A stretch of 64,000 nt of DNA, taken from assembly GCA_964627595.1 (NCBI GenBank), contig CAZVKA010000003.1, positions 1,257-65,256 on the forward strand. The letters run 5' to 3'. Each line of letters opens with the position of its first letter. Within the stretch, counting starts at the first letter, position 1. Below, piece by piece: positions 1 through 9,904 of this stretch. A program made the translations under genes and the position numbers. Below the pieces are notes generated by a model. That model was not told the origin of the DNA, did not search any database, and saw only the letters and a list, made by a program, of their open reading frames with translations. Source of the DNA: an uncultured Flavobacteriaceae bacterium. Its GTDB lineage: Bacteria > Bacteroidota > Bacteroidia > Flavobacteriales > Flavobacteriaceae.

Positions 1-1006
1 GCTCGATCATCATGGCGAGACCAAGGGCTTCTCCTTTTAGAGCAAGTCCCGGGCCTGAGGTAGTAGTAATGGCAAGGTCTCCTGCAAAAGATGCCCCGAT
101 CGCTGAGCTGATCCCAGCGATCTCATCTTCTGCCTGGAAAGCCTTAACCCCAAAATGTTTGTGTTTTACCAGCTCGTGAAGAATATCTGTAGCAGGGGTA
201 ATTGGGTAGGATCCTAAGAACAATTCCAGCCCAGATTTTTCAGCAGCAGCCAGGAATCCCCAGGCAGTGGCGGTATTTCCCATGATTATCCTGTAGGTTC
301 CCCCGGCCATTTTAGCGGGAGAGATGCTATAGGAGTTAGGGATCAATTCGATAGTTTCAGCATAGAAGTAACCTGCATTAAGGACCTTGGTGTTGGCTTC
401 AATGAGGTGTGGTTTATTCTTGAATTTCTTGTGAAAAAATTCAATTGTGTGCTGCGGAGAGCGGTCATATAACCAGTAGACCATTCCCAGGGCAAACATG
501 TTCTTGCTGCGGGTGATGCTCTTGTTGTCAAGACCTTCAATGTCTTTTAAGGCCTCTTTTGTAAGAGAGGTCATAGGCACCTCGATAACCCGGTAATTTT
601 CCAGGCTGCCGTCATGTAAAGGATTGGTTGCATACTGAGCTTTCTCGAGATTCTTTTTCGTAAAAGAATCCACATCCACAATAATCGTCTGTCCCGGTTT
701 GACGGCGTAGAGGTTCGTTTTAAGCCCCGCCGGATTCATGGCTACCAGTAGATCAAGGCTGTCACCAGGAGTGCTCACCTCAACACTTCCAATATGAACC
801 TGAAACCCTGAAACCCCGTACAAGCTTCCTTGTGGGGCCCGAATTTCGGAAGGGTAATTGGGAAATGTGGCCACATCATTCCCGAACATTGCAGAGGTGT
901 CAGAAAACTGGGTTCCCGTCAACTGCATTCCGTCACCAGAATCGCCCACAAAGCGAATTACCACTGCATCCAGGGCTTCGGCTTGATTCATTTTTTCTGT
1001 GATCAT
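1..1006 (-). CDS. korA: 2-oxoacid:ferredoxin oxidoreductase alpha subunit (3' end outside window; substrate uncertain)
   Basis: Not in ORF track (runs off the edge). Manual translation from ATG at 1006: MITEKMNQAEALDAVVIRFVGDSGDGMQLTGTQFSD...PSEIRAPQG, later GSYPITPATDI and QAEDEIAGI, typical OFOR alpha motifs. Confidence 0.9.
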   Translation of the reverse strand, partial: MITEKMNQAEALDAVVIRFVGDSGDGMQLTGTQFSDTSAMFGNDVATFPNYPSEIRAPQGSLYGVSGFQVHIGSVEVSTPGDSLDLLVAMNPAGLKTNLYAVKPGQTIIVDVDSFTKKNLEKAQYATNPLHDGSLENYRVIEVPMTSLTKEALKDIEGLDNKSITRSKNMFALGMVYWLYDRSPQHTIEFFHKKFKNKPHLIEANTKVLNAGYFYAETIELIPNSYSISPAKMAGGTYRIIMGNTATAWGFLAAAEKSGLELFLGSYPITPATDILHELVKHKHFGVKAFQAEDEIAGISSAIGASFAGDLAITTTSGPGLALKGEALGLAMMIE

Positions 1007-1087
1007 ATTTAATGTTTTAGAAACCACCGGTTCATGTTCCGATAGTATTGGATCTTCGGGTAAATGTAAAAGGACTCCCAGGTATTA

Positions 1088-1107
1088 AATATGATGAAGG
1101 TCATATT
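1088..1107 (-). promoter_or_regulatory. Crp/Fnr-type box upstream of korA
   Basis: Perfect palindrome AATATGA-tgaagg-TCATATT; -7-like TACATTTA on minus strand at 1061-1068, 23 nt from the TGA..TCA core. Confidence 0.8.
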
Positions 1108-1150
1108 GTATTCTTAATTAGATTATTAAGAATAATTCTTCATAAAAGAA

Positions 1151-1170
1151 AATATGATAACGATCATGTT
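1151..1170 (+). promoter_or_regulatory. Crp/Fnr-type box upstream of ferredoxin-nifJ
   Basis: AATATGA-taacga-TCATGTT; -7-like TAATTTTA at 1190-1197, 23 nt after the core. Confidence 0.8.
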
Positions 1171-1232
1171 AAAGCAGGTATAGCTCGAATAATTTTATAG
1201 AAAAATTTTACTAATAATTTAATACGAACATT

Positions 1233-1583
1233 ATGGCTCTTTTTATAACCGATGAATGCATCAATTGTGATGCGTGTATTTCAGAATGTCCTAATAATGC
1301 GATCTATGAACCCGATCAGGAGTGGTCCTATTCCGATGAAACTTCCCTTAGCGGAATGGTGACCACACCGGGAGGTAAGGAAGTGGATGCCGATGCAGAG
1401 AACGAACCACTTTCTGATGAATTCTATTTTATTGTTGCCGATAAGTGTACCGAATGTAAAGGTTTCCATGATGAACCTCAGTGTGTATCTGTTTGTCCTG
1501 TAGACTGCATTCACCCACGTGAGGATCATCCGGAATCTGAGGCTGAACTGCTTGAGAAAAAAGAATGGCTTCACAGTGCTTAA
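1233..1583 (+). CDS. 2x[4Fe-4S] ferredoxin (YfhL-like, with internal insertion)
   Basis: CINCDACISECP and CTECKG...CVSVCP motifs. Confidence 0.92.
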   Translation: MALFITDECINCDACISECPNNAIYEPDQEWSYSDETSLSGMVTTPGGKEVDADAENEPLSDEFYFIVADKCTECKGFHDEPQCVSVCPVDCIHPREDHPESEAELLEKKEWLHSA

Positions 1584-1607
1584 CATGTACCCATAAAATG
1601 TAACGAA

Positions 1608-4600
1608 ATGGCTGAAAAATTCCCTAAGCTCATTTGTGATGCTAACGAGGCAGTCGCCCGCGTTGCCCACAAAACGAATGAGGTGTGCGCTATTTATCCT
1701 ATCACACCGGCTTCTCCAATGGGAGAGCATGTGGATGTCTATAGTTCAAAAGGCAAAAAGAATATCTGGAACAACGTTCCAAGAATTGTTGAAATGCAAA
1801 GTGAAGGAGGGGCTGCAGGTGCCGTTCACGGTTCTTTACAGGCCGGGGCCCTTACCACCACATTTACTGCTTCCCAGGGTCTCTTGCTGATGATTCCCAA
1901 TATGTATAAAATAGCGGGGGAATTGCTGCCCACTGTGATCCACGTCGCCGCGCGTACCATTGCAACCCATGCGCTTTCCATTTTTGGAGACCATTCAGAT
2001 GTGATGGCGGCAAGGCAAACGGGCTTTTCCATGTTGTTTGGAGGTTCTGTCCAGGAAGCCATGGATTTTGCCCTCATCTCCCAGGTAGCAACGCTGAGGT
2101 CACGAATTCCTTTTCTGAATATCTTTGACGGCTTCCGTACTTCTCACGAGATCTCTAAAATTGACGGTATTCCCGATGATATCATCAAAGCCATGATGCC
2201 CGAAGAGGAGATCATGAAGCACAAGAAGCGGTCTTTGGATCCCGATAGCCCCGTGATACGAGGTACTTCGCAGAACCCGGACGTGTTCTTCCAGGCTCGT
2301 GAAGCTGCCAACCTTCACTACGAGCGGGTGCCGAAGATCGTACAGGAGGTGATGGATGAATTCTATCAGCATACCGGCCGCAGATATAACCTTTTTGACT
2401 ATGAAGGACACCCCGAAGCTGAGCGGGTAGTGATCATCATGGGATCGGGAGAAGGAGCTGTAAGAGAAACTGTAGACACCTTGCTGAATTCAGATGAAAA
2501 AGTAGGGGTGTTGATCGTACGCTTGTTCCGTCCGTTCTCTGTGAAAGATTTCATAGAAATGGTTCCAAAAACGGTTAAGCAGATCGCTGTTCTGGATCGC
2601 ACCAAAGAACCGGGAAGTACCGGGGAACCGCTTTACCAGGATGTGATCACCGCTTTTGCTGAAAGTGACCGCAGCATTCCTCAGATCATTGGAGGTCGCT
2701 ACGGATTGTCTTCCAAGGAATTCAATCCGGCAATGGTGAAGGGAATCTTTGACGAAATGCTGAAGCCGCAGCCAAAGAACCACTTTACGATTGGTATCAA
2801 TGATGACGTGACCTTTAAAAGTTTGCTCTACAATCCTGTTTTCAAAACCCGAAAAACCACCTTTAACTGTCTGTTCTATGGATTGGGATCTGACGGAACG
2901 GTAGGAGCGAACAAGAACTCCATTAAGATCATTGGGGAAACCACTGATAACTACGTGCAGGGATATTTCGTATACGACTCCAAAAAAGCAGGTTCGCAAA
3001 CTGTTTCGCACCTGCGGTTTGGGCCGAATCCTATTTACTCGAGTTATTTGATCAATACAGCCGATTTCATCGCCTGTCACCAGTTCAACTTTATTGAGAA
3101 ATACGATATCCTGAAAAAGATCAAAAAAGGAGGAACCTTCCTTCTTAATTCACCTTTCTCCAATGAGGAAGTTTGGGATATGCTTCCGCAGAAAATGCAG
3201 GAAGAGATCGTGGAGAATGAGTTGCAGTTCTACGTGGTAGACGCGACCAAAGTGGCGCATGAGGCTAAACTGGGTAAAAGGACCAACACGGTTCTTCAAA
3301 CCTGTTTCTTTGCCATTTCCGGGGTCCTTCCTAAGGATGAAGCCATTCAGAAGATCAAGGATGCCATCGTGAAATCCTACTCCCATAAAGGGGAAAAGAT
3401 CGTGCAGATGAACTTCAACGCAGTCGACAAATCCCTTGAGTTCCTTCAAAAAGTAGATTATCCAAAACAGATCACCAATAACCGCGGACTCAAGCCTATG
3501 ATGACGGGGGAAGCAGATCCTTTCGTAAAAGAGGTTTTAGGCAAGATCCTGGCAGGGGAAGGGGATGAACTGCCTGTAAGCGCGTTTCCTGTTGACGGTA
3601 CCTTCCCTACCGGTACTACCCAATACGAAAAGCGAGGGATCGCCGATTTCGTTCCTGTGTGGGACGGGGAAAATCTTTGTACCCAGTGTAACAAGTGTGT
3701 GGCCATTTGTCCGCATGCGGCCATCAGGGCTAAAGTAATACCTGCTGCAGATCTTTCTGATAAGCCCGATTCTCTAAAAGCTGTTCCTGCTAAGGGGCGT
3801 CCTTTCACGGGGGAAGATTCATACATCCTGCAGGTCTCTCCTGAAGATTGTACCGGCTGTGATCTTTGTGTGGCTGTTTGCCCTGCGGAAAGTAAGGAGA
3901 TCGAGAATTTCAAAGCCATCAACATGCGGCCAAAACTGGATGTCGCTGAAGCTGAAAATGCCAACTGGGATTACTTTACCAAACTTCCTTACTACGACCG
4001 TACAGAATTGCAGATCACTAACGTCAAGGGATCGCAATTCCTGGAACCATTATTCGAATTTTCGGGTGCTTGTTCCGGTTGTGGGGAAACTCCGTATATC
4101 AAAATGCTTACGCAGCTTTACGGGGACAGCATCATGATCGCCAACGCTACCGGCTGTTCTTCCATCTATGGAGGTAACCTGCCAACGACTCCTTATAAAA
4201 AGAATGAATTCGGAAGAGGTCCGGCTTGGGCAAACTCGCTCTTTGAAGACAATGCTGAATTCGGGCTCGGTATGAGACTGGCACTGACCAAAAAACAGGA
4301 GATCGCAGTAGATCTGTTGAAATCCCTCGAGCCTTTTGTGGGAACAGAACTAGTGAATGCCATTATTCATAATCCTGAAGAGACCGAAGCTCAGAAGAAA
4401 GAGAAGCATAGCCAGATCGAAGATCTCAAAGCAATACTTTCTACCATTGATACGCCCGAAGCTAAAAAACTAAACCAGTTGACCGAATACCTGCGCAAGA
4501 AGGCGGTCTGGATCCTGGGAGGTGACGGTTGGGCCTACGACATTGGTTACGGTGGTGTAGACCACGTGCTCGCATCTGGAGAAGATATTAATATTCTGGT

Positions 4601-5135
4601 GATGGATACCGAAGTGTATTCCAACACCGGCGGACAAATGTCTAAAGCCACTCCGCTGGGTGCAAGTGCCAAGTTTGCCGTTTCGGGAAAGAAGACCTCC
4701 AAAAAAAGTCTGGCCCTGCAGGCAGTTTCCTATGAAAACGTGTATGTGGCCCAGGTGGCGATAGGTGCGAAAGATCTGCAAACGCTGAAAGCCATTGAAG
4801 AAGCCACTGCGTATCCCGGACCTTCCATCATCATTGCCTACTCGCACTGCGGGGAACACGGCTATGATCTTAAACATGGTCCAAAACAGCAGGAGAAAGC
4901 GGTAGAGACGGGTTACTGGCCACTATTCAGGTTCGACCCTTCCAAAGAAAAAGGAAAGCGGTTCAAGCTGGATAGCAAAGCACCTGCGGCACCACTCCAG
5001 GAATTCATGTATAATGAAACCCGCTTTACCCGGGTAGCCAAAGAAAATGCCGAACTGGGTGCCGCCTTGTTGAAGCGTGCACAGGAAGAAGTGGATTCTA
5101 AATGGGAACGCCTGGAAATATACAGGGATATGTAA
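1608..5135 (+). CDS. nifJ: Pyruvate:ferredoxin (flavodoxin) oxidoreductase, homodimeric type
   Basis: 1175 aa; YPITP, MQSEGGAAG, GLGSDGTVGANKN, two ferredoxin motifs, FEFSGACSGCGET, GDGWAYDIG TPP motif. Confidence 0.97.
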   Translation: MAEKFPKLICDANEAVARVAHKTNEVCAIYPITPASPMGEHVDVYSSKGKKNIWNNVPRIVEMQSEGGAAGAVHGSLQAGALTTTFTASQGLLLMIPNMYKIAGELLPTVIHVAARTIATHALSIFGDHSDVMAARQTGFSMLFGGSVQEAMDFALISQVATLRSRIPFLNIFDGFRTSHEISKIDGIPDDIIKAMMPEEEIMKHKKRSLDPDSPVIRGTSQNPDVFFQAREAANLHYERVPKIVQEVMDEFYQHTGRRYNLFDYEGHPEAERVVIIMGSGEGAVRETVDTLLNSDEKVGVLIVRLFRPFSVKDFIEMVPKTVKQIAVLDRTKEPGSTGEPLYQDVITAFAESDRSIPQIIGGRYGLSSKEFNPAMVKGIFDEMLKPQPKNHFTIGINDDVTFKSLLYNPVFKTRKTTFNCLFYGLGSDGTVGANKNSIKIIGETTDNYVQGYFVYDSKKAGSQTVSHLRFGPNPIYSSYLINTADFIACHQFNFIEKYDILKKIKKGGTFLLNSPFSNEEVWDMLPQKMQEEIVENELQFYVVDATKVAHEAKLGKRTNTVLQTCFFAISGVLPKDEAIQKIKDAIVKSYSHKGEKIVQMNFNAVDKSLEFLQKVDYPKQITNNRGLKPMMTGEADPFVKEVLGKILAGEGDELPVSAFPVDGTFPTGTTQYEKRGIADFVPVWDGENLCTQCNKCVAICPHAAIRAKVIPAADLSDKPDSLKAVPAKGRPFTGEDSYILQVSPEDCTGCDLCVAVCPAESKEIENFKAINMRPKLDVAEAENANWDYFTKLPYYDRTELQITNVKGSQFLEPLFEFSGACSGCGETPYIKMLTQLYGDSIMIANATGCSSIYGGNLPTTPYKKNEFGRGPAWANSLFEDNAEFGLGMRLALTKKQEIAVDLLKSLEPFVGTELVNAIIHNPEETEAQKKEKHSQIEDLKAILSTIDTPEAKKLNQLTEYLRKKAVWILGGDGWAYDIGYGGVDHVLASGEDINILVMDTEVYSNTGGQMSKATPLGASAKFAVSGKKTSKKSLALQAVSYENVYVAQVAIGAKDLQTLKAIEEATAYPGPSIIIAYSHCGEHGYDLKHGPKQQEKAVETGYWPLFRFDPSKEKGKRFKLDSKAPAAPLQEFMYNETRFTRVAKENAELGAALLKRAQEEVDSKWERLEIYRDM

Positions 5136-5143
5136 GTAAAAAT

Positions 5144-5188
5144 GTTCTTAGGATGCTGGTTCAATTTGGAACCTGCATTCTAAAGAAC
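5144..5188 (+). other. Long imperfect hairpin between nifJ and HEPN gene (no U-tract)
   Basis: gttcttaggatgctggttc-aatttg-gaacctgcattctaaagaac. Confidence 0.5.
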
Positions 5189-5215
5189 CCCTATTAATTC
5201 TAAATTTAAAAAGGT

Positions 5216-5593
5216 ATGGAAAACAGAGCACTTGGATTATTCAACGAAGCTGTAAAAAAGCTTCAGGAAGCGAACGAAGAGCTGTGCAGGCCAGAGGAGG
5301 ACGTGGTTTCCTACCTGGTATGCAAGAATTCGCAGTATGCTATTGAAAATTTCCTTAAAGGATATCTCCTTAGCAAAGGAATTGACCCGCAGGATTATTT
5401 AAGTATTAATAGCCTGTATGAACAATGTGTAGCCATAAACCCAAAGTTCAAAGACCTGGACCTCTCCGGCTTTACCTGTAAATCCCATGCCCGCGATTCG
5501 AGGTCATGTAGTGGTCCAGAAAAAGTAAGCAAATGTTATGAAATTGCAGGAAATATTGATGCTTTCTTTCGTAAAGAATACGTAATGATTTAA
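5216..5593 (+). CDS. HEPN-domain-like protein, Cys-rich
   Basis: CKNSQYAIENFLKGYL resembles the HEPN 'C..qqavEk.LKa.L' helix; six Cys in 125 aa. Confidence 0.65.
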   Translation: MENRALGLFNEAVKKLQEANEELCRPEEDVVSYLVCKNSQYAIENFLKGYLLSKGIDPQDYLSINSLYEQCVAINPKFKDLDLSGFTCKSHARDSRSCSGPEKVSKCYEIAGNIDAFFRKEYVMI

Positions 5594-5645
5594 TTCTTTC
5601 CATTCTGAAAGAAACAGGTTTTACTGCTGTTTATCCTTTAAAATT

Positions 5646-5678
5646 GGCCTTTGCCCGGGTGGTGGAGGCTTATTTTTT
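5646..5678 (+). terminator. Putative intrinsic terminator after HEPN gene
   Basis: ggcctttgcc-cgggt-ggtggaggct stem (several G-U pairs) followed by tatttttt. Confidence 0.45.
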
Positions 5679-5802
5679 GTATTTTAACATCACTTAAATT
5701 TTCTATAACAAAAATTTAATAAATTTGTAATGCTCTTATTCTGAGAAACTCAGGATGCCCCGGGAGCAAAAATGAACTTAGAAACCCTACTAACCACTGG
5801 CA

Positions 5803-6153
5803 TTGAATAAGACTGCCCTAATTATTCAAGAGGATATAATTCTTTTGAAGATCCTGGAAAGACTTATGATGGTACATCAATACCGTTGTAAAGCTATTCG
5901 ATCTTTAGAAGAACTTAATATTGAGGACCAGCAAGAGAATTTTGATGTGATCATATCTGATATTCTCTTCGATGGAATTGCTCCTCTCGATTTTGTTTTC
6001 CAGATCCAGGAGATCATTATGCACCGGTCGTTGGTCATAGTTACCAGTATGGGCCAACAAAAAGTGCGCAAGGAGATCCTTAGCTCAGGAAATGTGTCGG
6101 GTTTCTTCGCGATTCCTTTTGATATGCAACATATTCAAAACCTGGTCGCCTAA
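5803..6153 (+). CDS. Stand-alone atypical receiver (REC) domain protein
   Basis: TTG start; LIIQED, FDVIISD (phospho-Asp position), IVTS; conserved KP replaced by IP. Confidence 0.75.
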   Translation: MNKTALIIQEDIILLKILERLMMVHQYRCKAIRSLEELNIEDQQENFDVIISDILFDGIAPLDFVFQIQEIIMHRSLVIVTSMGQQKVRKEILSSGNVSGFFAIPFDMQHIQNLVA

Positions 6154-7211
6154 TGACACCAGAGATCCTGATAAAGCTGATCCATGTCCTGCTGCTATTT
6201 CTCGCAGGGGTGTGGGTTGTTATTGGAATAAGTCTAATGTACCGTAAATACAGGACCGCTCATCTCGAGAAAATAGAGCAACTTTTTGCAGACGTAGTCT
6301 CCAGGTACCTCTATCCTTTACCGGGAGAAAAACCTAACCTTATAGAAGTACAAAGAGCATTTAGAGGAGTGGGAGTAAGACGTTCAAGGCCGGCTAACGT
6401 TCAGTTTCTTATTAACCTCATGATACGTACTCAGCGTTCTTTACTGGGGGAAGATTACCACAAGCTTGATACTCTTTTCAAGCAGATACCTCCTTTTCGT
6501 GCTTCTATCAGTAAACTAAGCAGCAGGAGGTGGTACGTTAAGGCTAGAGGAATCAGGGAGATCTATGAAATGGATCAGGAACAATATCTCAAAGAGATCA
6601 TCAGGGAAATTGACCATAAGAATATCTTTATTCGCCGGGAAGCACAGATCGCCATGGTGGTATTCCTTGGTTGGGAGAGCCTGCGATTTTTACCCTACCT
6701 CAAACGCGAGATGACTCTCTGGCAACAGATAAAAATTGTTGAAAAGTTGCATGACCTTTATCCTAATCCTGATATTACGTACCTTAGAAAAGCCTATTCG
6801 GTTGAAAAACCATTTGCCCAGGAACTGGTAATGAGAATCATTCGGAAATTCAGGTTATATAAAGAAGTAGATTATATCCTCCACTTTTTGGATCACAAAA
6901 TTTTTGATCGCAGGGAGACAGCCATTTACTGTATCTCATCCTTCCAATTGGAGGAGGAAAAATTGGAGGTGGTCAAGAAGAAGTTTTTCAAGATCCCCAA
7001 TGTTGAACAACGGCTTCAGCTCCTAAAGTATATCCCGGGAGCATCTGGAAAAGTGGATCTTCAGTTTTTCAATTCGGTCCTTCGAAGGGAAGATCCGCTT
7101 TTGAAATTATGTGCTGCAGAGATCTTATGGAATAACGGGCACAGAAACAGGGTGGAAGAATATTACTACCAGCAATACGACGAGCAACCTGTTGAACCAC
7201 AATCAGCATGA
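6153..7211 (+). CDS. Membrane-anchored HEAT-repeat protein
   Basis: One N-terminal TM helix then helical repeats (LSSRRWYVKARGIREI, DHKNIFIRREAQIAM, DHKIFDRRETAI); overlaps both neighbours. Confidence 0.75.
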   Translation: MTPEILIKLIHVLLLFLAGVWVVIGISLMYRKYRTAHLEKIEQLFADVVSRYLYPLPGEKPNLIEVQRAFRGVGVRRSRPANVQFLINLMIRTQRSLLGEDYHKLDTLFKQIPPFRASISKLSSRRWYVKARGIREIYEMDQEQYLKEIIREIDHKNIFIRREAQIAMVVFLGWESLRFLPYLKREMTLWQQIKIVEKLHDLYPNPDITYLRKAYSVEKPFAQELVMRIIRKFRLYKEVDYILHFLDHKIFDRRETAIYCISSFQLEEEKLEVVKKKFFKIPNVEQRLQLLKYIPGASGKVDLQFFNSVLRREDPLLKLCAAEILWNNGHRNRVEEYYYQQYDEQPVEPQSA

Positions 7212-8647
7212 TAGACACAGGCTACCTGTATTATATTTACCAGAGCATCAGCTGGTTTTTTCTGGTGTATGGAATTGCACTTTTATCGATCTATTTCTTT
7301 GGGGTAGTTCTGTCAAATCGCGCAGTAAAACGCAATAAACGTAAGTCCTGGTTTTTAGAGGTCAAGGACATTGTAAGTGCAACAGATGTTCCCAGTGTCA
7401 CCCTGGTCGCCCCGGCCTATAATGAAGGTCTTACCATTGTTGAAAATGTCAAATCCCTTTTATCGATTCAATATCCTTTTTACAAATTGATCCTGGTAAA
7501 TGACGGCAGTACAGATGATTCCATGGAGCAGCTTATTGAAAAATTCGATCTTGTACCGTTCGATTCTTCTTTTATAACCCAGCCCATTACCACGGCGGTG
7601 GTAAATTATATCTACAAAAGCAGAAAACCACAATACAAACACTTAACTGTAATTGATAAAAACAACGGGGGACGCTCTGATGCGATCAACGCGGGGATAA
7701 ACTTTGCAGATAGTGAACTGGTGCTGTGCACAGATGCCGATTGTATTATTGAGCAGGATGCCTTATTAAAAATGGTACGTCCATATCTCGAGGAAGGGCA
7801 ACAGGAGATCGTGGCTTGCGGGGGCTCTATAGGAATTGCAAATGACTCGATCATTCAGAACGGAGTCCTAAAAAAGCTGAAATTACCCAAAGACTTTATT
7901 GCTACAGTGCAGGTGGTAGAGTACATTCGGGCTTTCCTTATTGGCCGTATGGGCTGGGGAGAGGTCAACGGATTGATGTTGGTATCAGGAGCTTTCGGGA
8001 TGTATCCTCGAACCCGGCTGATAGAAGTAGGTGGCTTTAATCCAAAGACCGTAGGAGAGGACCTGGAGCTGTGTATTCGTCTCAGGGTACATATGGAAAA
8101 AATGAAGAAACCATATAAAGTGGTTTATATCCCAGAAACCCTTTGCTGGACAGAGGCGCCTTCCACCTATGAGGTCTTTGTTAAGCAACGGGACAGGTGG
8201 GCCCGTGGACTATGGGAAACCCTGAAACTGCACCGGTATCTTTTTCTCAATCCCAGGTACCGAAACATGGGTGTTTTCTTTTTCCCCTACTGGTGTTTTT
8301 TTGAATTTGGTGCGCCACTTGTAGAATTTTTAGGACTCATCTGTATCATGCTTTTCGGGTATCTCGGATTTATTAATTGGACTACAGCAATACTTCTTTT
8401 TACGGCCGTGTATCTATTGGGATGCATATTTTCAACAGTGTCCATCTTCTTTTACGTAAAGAATTTTAGACATTATGCCAGTGGACGGCAAATTGCAGAA
8501 TTACTCCTGGCGGCCTATCTCGAACCATTCCTGTTCCATCCTGTTCTGGTATACGGACAGATGAAAGGATATTATAAAAAACTCTTCGGAATAAAATCTG
8601 GATGGGGAACAATGACCAGAAAAGGGTTTAAAACTACCGACAGCTAA
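7208..8647 (+). CDS. Processive GT2 glycosyltransferase (polysaccharide synthase, PgaC/NfrB/YaiP-like)
   Basis: PAYNE, NDGSTD, DAD, GED and QRDRW (D,D,D,QxxRW) motifs with flanking TM helices. Confidence 0.92.
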   Translation: MIDTGYLYYIYQSISWFFLVYGIALLSIYFFGVVLSNRAVKRNKRKSWFLEVKDIVSATDVPSVTLVAPAYNEGLTIVENVKSLLSIQYPFYKLILVNDGSTDDSMEQLIEKFDLVPFDSSFITQPITTAVVNYIYKSRKPQYKHLTVIDKNNGGRSDAINAGINFADSELVLCTDADCIIEQDALLKMVRPYLEEGQQEIVACGGSIGIANDSIIQNGVLKKLKLPKDFIATVQVVEYIRAFLIGRMGWGEVNGLMLVSGAFGMYPRTRLIEVGGFNPKTVGEDLELCIRLRVHMEKMKKPYKVVYIPETLCWTEAPSTYEVFVKQRDRWARGLWETLKLHRYLFLNPRYRNMGVFFFPYWCFFEFGAPLVEFLGLICIMLFGYLGFINWTTAILLFTAVYLLGCIFSTVSIFFYVKNFRHYASGRQIAELLLAAYLEPFLFHPVLVYGQMKGYYKKLFGIKSGWGTMTRKGFKTTDS

Positions 8648-8656
8648 GCCTGCTTC

Positions 8657-9904
8657 TCAAAAACTATAATAATAACCAATATTTCCCGTGAACTGAGTAC
8701 CGCTTCTTTGGGAGGTGATATCTTCATGGAGCAAGCCCACTCCAGCCTGTACTATGTGATGAATTCCAAAAGTTTTGTTGATACCTACATTACCATACCA
8801 GGCCTCTAATGAAGGATTTTCCAGGAGAAGCGTGGAAAGAGAAGTTTCATCGGGAGAAATACCGCTGCCCACTCTCAGGAACAGGTAATTTTCAGCAGTT
8901 TTAAGATAATATCTTGTATTGAATTGATAGTTTTGAATGAGCTGACCATTTCTTTCAGGACCCAGGAAAATTCTGCTGTTGAGGTAGAATTTTCCAACGT
9001 ATGCTGTGAGTCCCGCAATTGCCGTAAGGTATGTGCTACTGGAATTAGCCTGTATCCTGGAACCAACTTCTGCTTCAAGAATTTTGGCGAAATTGTAGTA
9101 AAGGGATAAGCTGCTTCGAAAATTGGGAAAAATAGCGGCATCTGAAAAGCCCACGTTCGCAAAGGCATAAAAACGGTCACTAAACACAGGATAAGCTTCT
9201 ATTTCATAAAGGATTCCCTGGTCATATCTCCGGTCTGAAAAAGTGGTGCGGCCAATGACCGTAGTTTGGCCAATATTGCGCTGGTACTCCAGTCCAAAGC
9301 TGCTCCAGGGCTTTCTGCGGCTGTATTCCTCACTAAAACCTATATACAGGTAATTCAATCCTATTCTGTTCCTTACCGTTCTGTTTAAGATATGCTGTAG
9401 CCTGTACCTTTCAGCACCCGTAATATCCTCTGTAATTAATTCCATTGCCAGGTCACGAGCCTCTGATGTTTTCTTTATTCTGAACAACAGATCGGCTTTT
9501 TGCACCTTCAGCGATACTTCCTGCGGATAAACAGTAGCCAACTTCTCAATAAAATTCATTGCTTCGTGAGGATCTTGATAATAATTGATTCGCTGCCCCA
9601 TTAGCGGTAGGACATCCACATAATCAGGGGCATTTTGGAGCAGGTAATCAAGATCTTCATCTGCAAGTTCAAAACGGTTCAGGGCCCAGAGATTTCTAAC
9701 CTGCAGTATCCTGATATCATGGTAAGCAGGAGCAAGATCAAGTCCTTTTTGGGTGTAGGCAAGGGAAAATTGGTGATTTCCCTCTCTGTATTCCTCTAGG
9801 GCCAGCTTGTATAATTTATCTGTATTAGTTTCTGTGATTTCCTGTGCATACAGGTTTGATGCAGTGAAAAGCATCAGGATAAAAAATAAAAAGTTTCTGG
9901 TCAT
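8657..9904 (-). CDS. yaiO: TPR + YaiO-family outer-membrane beta-barrel
   Basis: ATG at 9904 gives a signal peptide; TPR-like N-half, amphipathic beta C-half ending YYYSF; -7 element TAACTTTG at 9923-9930. Confidence 0.8.
   Translation of the reverse strand: MTRNFLFFILMLFTASNLYAQEITETNTDKLYKLALEEYREGNHQFSLAYTQKGLDLAPAYHDIRILQVRNLWALNRFELADEDLDYLLQNAPDYVDVLPLMGQRINYYQDPHEAMNFIEKLATVYPQEVSLKVQKADLLFRIKKTSEARDLAMELITEDITGAERYRLQHILNRTVRNRIGLNYLYIGFSEEYSRRKPWSSFGLEYQRNIGQTTVIGRTTFSDRRYDQGILYEIEAYPVFSDRFYAFANVGFSDAAIFPNFRSSLSLYYNFAKILEAEVGSRIQANSSSTYLTAIAGLTAYVGKFYLNSRIFLGPERNGQLIQNYQFNTRYYLKTAENYLFLRVGSGISPDETSLSTLLLENPSLEAWYGNVGINKTFGIHHIVQAGVGLLHEDITSQRSGTQFTGNIGYYYSF

Noticed and set aside
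1281-5164. Many overlapping antisense/alternate-frame ORFs in nifJ (similarly in ccoNO, ATPases, infB, act, cox)
   Set aside because: Fully overlap well-supported genes and have no recognisable motifs.
5216-5593. HEPN-MNT toxin-antitoxin or defence system
   Set aside because: No nucleotidyltransferase neighbour and no RxxxxH motif.
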